A stretch of DNA of 64,000 nucleotides from a virus (Duplodnaviria; Caudoviricetes), in the IMG/VR virus record IMGVR_UViG_2541047043_000003, positions 15,427 to 79,426 of that record, one strand, 5' to 3'. Below the pieces are notes generated by a model. It did not search any database. It worked only from the letters and a program-made list of their open reading frames with translations, and was not told the DNA's origin. Below are positions 50,295 through 64,000 of this stretch, in pieces. Numbering within the stretch: the first letter of the stretch is position 1; every line of letters starts with the position of its first letter. A program made the translations under genes and the position numbers.

Positions 50295-51464
50295 TTGAAA
50301 TCATTGATAACGACTCAAATAAATTCCGTTTTATGCGATTTCCTAATAATTATTCGGACAACTAAAATGATCGAGCACCGAAAGAATGCCACTCATAAAA
50401 AATTTGAATCTTCGTTCTCAAAGTGGAGCCGCCGTTTCTTTAAACACTTTTTATCTTCCCCTTGGTTCTCTAATAACAAGAACCAAAGTTCTTTTGATGA
50501 TATCATTTTCCCCGCCCTACTCTTCTTTTCAGGAGCTTCAATGGTTCTTTGGGAAGAAGCCGTAAATGAAAAAGATCCGAGTAATAAATTAAGACTGATT
50601 GCTCTAATCTACGGGCTTCAAATTTTCTCCTTTTTATTACTCAGGCCGATCCTCAGATCGATTTTAAGGATCGGCCTGTCTTTTTCTTTTCTGAAATACA
50701 TTCTATTCGCGGTTTTTACGAGTATTACATTTCTAATCTCATTTGAAGAATTTTGGTCCTTAACTTTTTTCGGTGGAATTCTAACGTTTGCCGTAGCTCT
50801 TTTTCTATCAGCCGAATCGTCTTTCGTTATCTTTAAACAGAAGTTAGGATTTCGTCCTCACTTTTTTTCGTTGATTCCTCTATCTTTAGGTTTCATCTTT
50901 TTTGGTAACGTTCTCGCAAATCTATTTCTTAATGGAAATTTAAACTACCTTTCCTATTTAGTTTACGACATTATTCTAATTTTTATTTTCAAAAAGTATC
51001 GCAGAACTCAAGATTTAAAACCTGATAAATCTCCCGATGATCTTCAAATCAATCCATTAGCGGATATAATTTCAAAACAATCTGCACCGCGAGACACCCT
51101 CTTTTTACGAGATCGTGATTTAGCTAACTTGGAATCTCGATTAGAATCTTTTATTAAAGAAAAACTTTTTTTGAAACCAAATCTCAGTCAAGGTGATCTG
51201 GCCGATTACCTTGGTCTCTCCAGATACGAAACTTCCAGATATCTGAATTTATACAAGAGGGTCAGCTTTTACGATTTAATCAATAAGCTTCGTATCCAAG
51301 AAGCGCAGAAACTCATTGCAGAAAATATTTCTAATCTAACTCAAATTGCCTCTCTTACCGGTTTTGGTTCCTATGCTACTTTTTTTAAGGCGTATTTGAA
51401 GTTTGCGGGTTCGATACCGAAAAATGCGTTAGATGAAAGGAAACGCGACCGCTTTGAAAGTTAG
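50295..51464 (+). CDS. Membrane-bound AraC-family regulator
   Basis: Multiple TM helices, then SFYDLINKLRIQEA...IASLTGFGSYATF. Confidence 0.85.
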   Translation: MKSLITTQINSVLCDFLIIIRTTKMIEHRKNATHKKFESSFSKWSRRFFKHFLSSPWFSNNKNQSSFDDIIFPALLFFSGASMVLWEEAVNEKDPSNKLRLIALIYGLQIFSFLLLRPILRSILRIGLSFSFLKYILFAVFTSITFLISFEEFWSLTFFGGILTFAVALFLSAESSFVIFKQKLGFRPHFFSLIPLSLGFIFFGNVLANLFLNGNLNYLSYLVYDIILIFIFKKYRRTQDLKPDKSPDDLQINPLADIISKQSAPRDTLFLRDRDLANLESRLESFIKEKLFLKPNLSQGDLADYLGLSRYETSRYLNLYKRVSFYDLINKLRIQEAQKLIAENISNLTQIASLTGFGSYATFFKAYLKFAGSIPKNALDERKRDRFES

Positions 51465-51541
51465 AGATTCTTTTAAGTTTAGAATAAACTAATAAATTGC
51501 TATGATTCCGATTTTCTATTTCAACAAATCATTTTCGATGA

Positions 51542-51772
51542 ATGGGGATATACACTATGATTTCATACAAAGAATTAAAACACAATATAACGCCCGTAAG
51601 TTTTAACGAAATCGACTTCGATATTTTGGAACAACACCTGAATATTAGAATCGATGATTTTACGAGGGAATGTGTACGTAAAAGTGACCACCTAAGGAAA
51701 ATTTTAGCGATGAGACCCGCAATTTTTAACAAAGCTACCGATTTTACGTCTCTTGAATATTATAAGGAGTGA
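51542..51772 (+). CDS. Small hypothetical protein
   Basis: 76-aa ORF. Confidence 0.45.
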   Translation: MGIYTMISYKELKHNITPVSFNEIDFDILEQHLNIRIDDFTRECVRKSDHLRKILAMRPAIFNKATDFTSLEYYKE

Positions 51773-51814
51773 GTGCGATAATAATCAGGACAATTCGCGT
51801 TAGATTTTATTTTT

Positions 51815-52681
51815 TCATTGTATCTGAATTTTTATATCATTCGGTGCTGTTGTCGTTGACTCCGAAAAATACTGAACGAGTATCACGAGCGGCCCGCTCG
51901 CTGTCGAAGAACTCCAGGATACTTGATTTGCCGAAAGCGTATTTTGCTGAAAATTCAATGTTTTATACGTAGTAGGAAAACAGGCGTCTGTGCCGGTTAC
52001 AATTAGAGTTTGTAAATTTCCTAAGTTTGTTGTATTCGAAGTAAATACAATTTGTTGGTTTTGTGTATAGGAATCGATTTTTATTACCGCAAGTGAATTC
52101 GTCGTTTTAAAATTAAATGGTAAATTTCTAAGTGTGCCGTCCGCCGTTGTCGGATTCTTACACACTGGGGTTGATTCTATGGATAACGTGATATCCGTTG
52201 GAGCTGTATTACTCGTAGCGAAGGAAGTGGCGAGAGCCATCAATCCTCCCGACAGCGGATAGGTATAGACTGTCGTTTTGTTTACTCTCGCTGAAAAGTA
52301 AGAAAAGGAAGTTATATTTTTACTATAATCTTGTGGGACGTCGCACGGACTATTTGCGTTATAAAAAAGCATCGTATATTGTACCGGCATTGATTCAGTC
52401 ATATTCATCTGGATCCTCCTTCCGAATTCGAAATTATTTAGATAACCTAAGCTTCCTTGGTATTGTGTAACCACCCTTTTATACGGGGTAAACTTCAAGG
52501 GTATGCTTTCCCCACTCAGTTGAGGTGTTTCACAATTCGCCGCCAATTGGGTCGTTACAAGTAGAGCTAATAAACTTTCGTTTGAGTTTTCTGATTGTTT
52601 ACAGTTTAGAATTTGTATAGTTATCCCTAATATTAATAGATTCATTACGATTTTTTTATATTGTTTCATTTTCCGGTTCAT
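51815..52681 (-). CDS. Lipoprotein
   Basis: Spirochaete-type lipobox (QILN-C). Confidence 0.75.
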   Translation of the reverse strand: MNRKMKQYKKIVMNLLILGITIQILNCKQSENSNESLLALLVTTQLAANCETPQLSGESIPLKFTPYKRVVTQYQGSLGYLNNFEFGRRIQMNMTESMPVQYTMLFYNANSPCDVPQDYSKNITSFSYFSARVNKTTVYTYPLSGGLMALATSFATSNTAPTDITLSIESTPVCKNPTTADGTLRNLPFNFKTTNSLAVIKIDSYTQNQQIVFTSNTTNLGNLQTLIVTGTDACFPTTYKTLNFQQNTLSANQVSWSSSTASGPLVILVQYFSESTTTAPNDIKIQIQ

Positions 52682-52816
52682 TCCTTTTTTAGATTTTATT
52701 TTTCTAAATCTTCTGTATGGTGTTTTCTAGTTAGCCGTTTTTTTGTCTGGATTTGCCGGACAAACCTTTTGTGCTTTCGTAGGTAAGATGCAGCCTAACA
52801 CATTCAAATTAGAAAC

Positions 52817-53143
52817 TTAAATTCGATTCGATTTTATATATACCGGAATTCCACATTTTTCTTTATAATCGATTAAACAATAATCGCGACATTTTCCTTG
52901 GCGGAAATCTCTTCTATTTGGGTAATGCCTTAAACATTCAGATAAGCATTCATCTAATTTTTTATTACATCCTTTCAATTTTTCCACATTTTCCACGTCT
53001 ACATTTCTTTCTGGATACACCTTCTCTTGAGTATTCTTTCCAGATAAAGAACTATATGTTAGGATTGTAGAATATACAAATATAAGGAGAACCCTATTAA
53101 ATAGAACATTCGAGTGCATAAACCGGCCAACACACATCATCAT
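52817..53143 (-). CDS. Cys-rich exported protein, paralog of 55211-55537
   Basis: CxxKxDxCLxxC...CRDxC motif. Confidence 0.65.
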   Translation of the reverse strand: MMMCVGRFMHSNVLFNRVLLIFVYSTILTYSSLSGKNTQEKVYPERNVDVENVEKLKGCNKKLDECLSECLRHYPNRRDFRQGKCRDYCLIDYKEKCGIPVYIKSNRI

Positions 53144-53321
53144 AATCTTGTAGTTTTGGAAGTGGACTTACGGCCATTCTGCGCTCTACGCACTCAATAA
53201 AACTTTTTCTTTGAGAATAATCATCGCCTCTCCCATTAGTTTTCTGATGAATATCGTTTTCAACATTGCACGACGTTAATACCAAATTTATCAATAAAGG
53301 TAGTGAAATATATGTTTTCAT
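53097..53321 (-). CDS. Small lipoprotein, candidate immunity protein
   Basis: Lipobox LTS-C. Confidence 0.6.
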   Translation of the reverse strand: MKTYISLPLLINLVLTSCNVENDIHQKTNGRGDDYSQRKSFIECVERRMAVSPLPKLQDYDDVCWPVYALECSI

Positions 53322-53458
53322 TCCTTTGGTTTATACTCGTTGCGGTCTTATGGAGTCGCTTTTTCCTCTCTCTGGTTTTCCGGACAATCCTTTTCAGGTT
53401 TCACAGAAAAGCTGCACTGGACTACTCAAGAGAAACCCAATTGTGAAAATTTTACACG

Positions 53459-54016
53459 TCAATTAAAAATTCCCGAGTCTATACCTTTATAAGCAATCTG
53501 AAGAATCACTTCATCTACAAAATCAGTTCTACTAAGATCATGATAAGACTTTTTATATAGTATGTTACCTATAGCCGCCTGTTGAATCGGCAATAAAAAA
53601 GTTATTTTTTTATCCTTTTTAAAATTAATCATTTCCACATCCAAAACAAAACTATGTGTGTAGTAAACGGGAATGATTCCTAATGTAATTGAACTTAACA
53701 TCAAGCTAAACATTGAACTTGTAACACGGCGGGGAGATACTTTTATATTTATCTGAACATCGGAATTTTCTACTAAATATCCAACATCATTAAATATATT
53801 CAATTTTCTGAAAGAAGGGACAAACATTGAAATAAATTTATAATGCTCAATGTTCAGATTTATCGAATGAGGCTTATCAAAATCAAGCTCAATATCAACT
53901 TTAAGTCTTTTACTTTTAAAATCAAAAGACTTCTTTTCGCTAGATGCGATGGGCTCTATTTGATGCCAATGACAATTTGTTAAAATTAAAATAATAATTA
54001 AATAATAGCATTTCAT
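53459..54016 (-). CDS. Lipoprotein, candidate immunity protein
   Basis: Lipobox LTN-C; TLGIIP motif. Confidence 0.65.
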   Translation of the reverse strand: MKCYYLIIILILTNCHWHQIEPIASSEKKSFDFKSKRLKVDIELDFDKPHSINLNIEHYKFISMFVPSFRKLNIFNDVGYLVENSDVQINIKVSPRRVTSSMFSLMLSSITLGIIPVYYTHSFVLDVEMINFKKDKKITFLLPIQQAAIGNILYKKSYHDLSRTDFVDEVILQIAYKGIDSGIFN

Positions 54017-54606
54017 CTTATTTCTCCGATTTCATTTAAAATCTTAGCAGATAAATCAGAGCGTAAAATAGAAAATATATTAGTTTTTTTTGGTATATTT
54101 AATTCAAATATTGAAAATACCTCCTGTCTTACATATGAAAATTGTTTAAGACCATTGTGATCATTAGTAATTTGATTTGTACGTATGCTGGCTTTAATGT
54201 CATATTCGATTTGTAAGGAATTTTTAAAAATTAAATCAAAAATAAAAATCGACAATAGGTTCAAAATGTAAAACCGATAGCTTTCCTTAATTCGAAATCG
54301 ATAAAAATCTATTTCAATAGTGTTTGAACTTTTTGCAATAGCGTCGATTTTCGAATTGTTACATCTCGTTTTAATAATATGATTTATTGATTTCCATGTT
54401 TCATAAGCTAACAATTCACGCTCAGGTTGCTCATACAAATCATCACTAAATTTCACTTTGACCAACGAATCCTTTATCCACCTTGAGTCACAATGCACGC
54501 CTTTTAATTCTTGATCCAAAATGGGACCTTTTAACGTATAAGCACCCATACAGCTTAGCATTAAGAATATGATTAGAATCATTATAATATTTATCTTCAT
54601 ATACAA
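54013..54606 (-). CDS. Lipoprotein, candidate immunity protein
   Basis: Lipobox MLS-C. Confidence 0.65.
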   Translation of the reverse strand: MYMKINIIMILIIFLMLSCMGAYTLKGPILDQELKGVHCDSRWIKDSLVKVKFSDDLYEQPERELLAYETWKSINHIIKTRCNNSKIDAIAKSSNTIEIDFYRFRIKESYRFYILNLLSIFIFDLIFKNSLQIEYDIKASIRTNQITNDHNGLKQFSYVRQEVFSIFELNIPKKTNIFSILRSDLSAKILNEIGEIR

Positions 54607-55210
54607 TCATTCCCCTTGCGGTGCAGCAAAACAGCCTTTCGAACCTACGGAAATAGAGCCATCCCACTGACTTTTGTTATTCACCCCTGAAGCACTTTCT
54701 CCGCCGCAAGTGTATAGAAAATTTTTCCAGTTTATAACTCCATTTTTTGCAAGAGTGTCATTTGCACTTCCTCCTCCCAAAGCCATTACGCTCCCTACAA
54801 TCACCGCTGCCACAGCACCAGCCTCTGGAAAAGCAGCGACAGCAAGGCCGCCACTCGCAATGCTAATCACTACAATTCCCGCATAGGTTATGCCTAACGC
54901 TACTTTCCTCATTTCTTTATTTTTTCTTTCTTGCTTTCCTGCTTTTATTCCTTTGAAATAAGCATCGACCATCGATACCAAATCCCCTTCTGTCTGATAA
55001 TAAGCAAATGCCTCGTGTACTCAACTTCTTGTCTAAGCCATTCGAATTAAAATCCTTCCCCATTGCATGACCAACGATCCGGTTCACCATGTGCATAAGA
55101 CCGGCACCGCTAACATGACCGCTCGGATCGCGATAACTTACTGGATTCCCGTCCACATACATATAACGGTTCATACCGTTCACGTTAGTCGGCATTACAA
55201 CAGAATCCGC
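54607..55210 (-). pseudogene. Orphan RHS C-terminal cassette (copied core end plus alternative tip, split by a frameshift)
   Basis: Copy of NRYMYVDGNPVSYRDPSG, then a hydrophobic Gly/Ala-rich tip in another frame. Confidence 0.8.
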
Positions 55211-55537
55211 TTATCTTGTAGTATACGCTCTAAATACGTGGTTTCTGGATGAACGGTAATACATATAACATCCATCCATACTCAAAATCTTATCAATACA
55301 TCGGTCTCTACAATTTTCCCTATTTGAGTTCTCTAAATATGAATAGGGATTTTTCTCGTTGCATCCTTTCAGACACAGATCCATTTTCATCGCACATTCT
55401 TTTAGATAATTAGTTTCAAGTTCCTGACTCCCACTTATTGATAATTTCTTATATTTATCTCTAACAATCAACACATCTTGCGAATCAGAAAAGCAAGTTA
55501 TATGGATAAATAAAACTATTATTAAATTAGTCCTCAT
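55211..55537 (-). CDS. Cys-rich exported protein
   Basis: Signal peptide; CAMKMDLCLKGC..CRDRC motif. Confidence 0.65.
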   Translation of the reverse strand: MRTNLIIVLFIHITCFSDSQDVLIVRDKYKKLSISGSQELETNYLKECAMKMDLCLKGCNEKNPYSYLENSNRENCRDRCIDKILSMDGCYMYYRSSRNHVFRAYTTR

Positions 55538-55846
55538 TCTAATATACTAATTATCTTATCCTTAAAACTACGACTAACTCAATATTAACGTTTCGGATTT
55601 ATAGGAATTACACTATCTTCATCCGGACAGCTCAATTCTTTACGCACATAGCTTGAGCAGCTTGTATACAATAAATCATAATCTCCTATGTCTTCAGATG
55701 AAACGGTTTTCAAAAATTGGAATCTAAACATACATTCCTTAAATCTATCTGAAGCATGAGAATAACAACTCTGCTTATCAGTCATACAGCTACCCCCTAC
55801 TACGATAAGTAACGTGGAGGTTGAAATATAAAAATATTTTTTTATC

Positions 55847-62773
<6,927 letters not shown>

Positions 62774-63109
62774 TTAAAAACCCCTGTTCTAATCTTCTGT
62801 TCTTTAAGCCGCACATCCCTTCAATCAAGTTCACCTAACGGGAAATACCGCTTTATTTTGTGATATTTTTGTCACTTTTACACAAACAAGTTATTTCTAG
62901 GAATGATTTTTTGATTTTTAGATCTAGTTTTGTATTTTTGAATTATAATTTTCGCATAACGTATGCGACTGGTCATTTTCAAGTACGTTTGACTTTTTAT
63001 AAAGTGATTTAATCACAAGGTCCCTATCTCTGAAATAAAATTAATATTCTATTTACAAGAAAGACATATTTTAGACTCCTGGTTTTAACTTTTTCAAGAG
63101 TTCTATCCA

Positions 63110-64000
63110 GTGAAAGTCAAAATGAAATATTATATTCTAATTCTTGCATGTATTTTGCACCTTTTCCCTCCCCTATTCGCTTCCGAACTTCTTTTAAAAT
63201 CGGGGGAAGCGTTCTTAATCGAAGAAATCAACGAAAGCGCGGACGTGATTAATCTTCGTTGGAAAGGGCGACAATACAGAATCCCAAAATCCGAGATTCA
63301 AAGGATCGATTATCAGAAAAAAGGCCCTGAATCCTCTTACAATTATTCCGAATTTCGTTTAACGGATGGCTCATCCATTCGAGGAATCATCGTTGAAAAG
63401 AAAAAAGACAGGCTTGTATTTCGAACCGAGCTAGGGTTTGTAGAAGTCGAAAAATCCAAGATTCAAAATCTAAACGCAAGTTCCTTAGAATCCGAAACGG
63501 AATCTCCCGACTTACCCGACAAATATCTCTCCGGGCGTTCGGGTGAAAACCTACTCTATGTAGGCGGAAGTCTTCTCTTTCAGTCAAATCACGGATCTTG
63601 GAACAAGAACAACCCCGGAACCGCCGGTCTTGGGTTCTTTATCGAAAAAGGTTTTTTAAATCATCCGCTTTGGTTTTTCGGATTTCTTTCCGAGTATTCC
63701 GTCGCACCCGGTGTTTCCGGCTCCGTTTCTCTTTGGAATCAATCTTTGTATTTCGGAAAACAATTCGGATCGTCCGCCCCCTACTTCTTGTTAGGCGGAG
63801 GTGTAACCTCGGTTCAATGGAAAAACGATTCTCGTTCGTATAACGGAACCGATCCGGAAGTTTTAGGGGAATTCGGTTGGGCCTGGGAGTTCGCAAACGG
63901 TTCTCGTCTCAGGCTTGGAGTCAGGTCACAGTGCGCGTTTGAATCCGGAGATTCACTTTGTAGATCCGGAATTCGTATCTCTTGGGGGTTATTGTTATGA
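63110..64000 (+). CDS. Leptospira-type exported protein with a probable beta-barrel C-terminus (LA_3334-like)
   Basis: Signal peptide; ELLLKSGE and LTDGS.IRG repeats; terminal amphipathic strand. Confidence 0.6.
   Translation: MKVKMKYYILILACILHLFPPLFASELLLKSGEAFLIEEINESADVINLRWKGRQYRIPKSEIQRIDYQKKGPESSYNYSEFRLTDGSSIRGIIVEKKKDRLVFRTELGFVEVEKSKIQNLNASSLESETESPDLPDKYLSGRSGENLLYVGGSLLFQSNHGSWNKNNPGTAGLGFFIEKGFLNHPLWFFGFLSEYSVAPGVSGSVSLWNQSLYFGKQFGSSAPYFLLGGGVTSVQWKNDSRSYNGTDPEVLGEFGWAWEFANGSRLRLGVRSQCAFESGDSLCRSGIRISWGLLL

Overview
AT-rich DNA that looks like Leptospira, judged from gene families and codon style (not confirmed by a search). About 1-34.6 kb is a myovirus-type virion module: portal, prohead protease, scaffold, SPO1/Twort-like major capsid protein, neck, sheath, tube, chaperone, short tape measure, baseplate, fibres, lysis genes and a DNA methylase. 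Its gene order is rearranged, and no terminase, integrase or replicase is visible in the window. About 35-64 kb is an accessory region: IS630, a graspetide (ATP-grasp RiPP) cluster coupled to a membrane protein, a HigBA-like toxin-antitoxin pair, a ParB-like gene, an AcrVA2-like gene, a GNAT-like synthase/7TM receptor/HTH repressor triad with five operator repeats, an AraC regulator, and a large RHS toxin with orphan C-terminal cassettes. Signals read directly from the DNA include a -1 frameshift site with hairpin that would append a 12-Cys domain to a baseplate-operon protein, a recurrent CCGATW-N13-15-TANNNT promoter-like motif 6-7 nt before start codons, an A9 recoding site in the tail chaperone, and a duplicated stand-alone Rpn C-terminal mini-gene. 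All family calls are from motif recognition only; no database searches were run.
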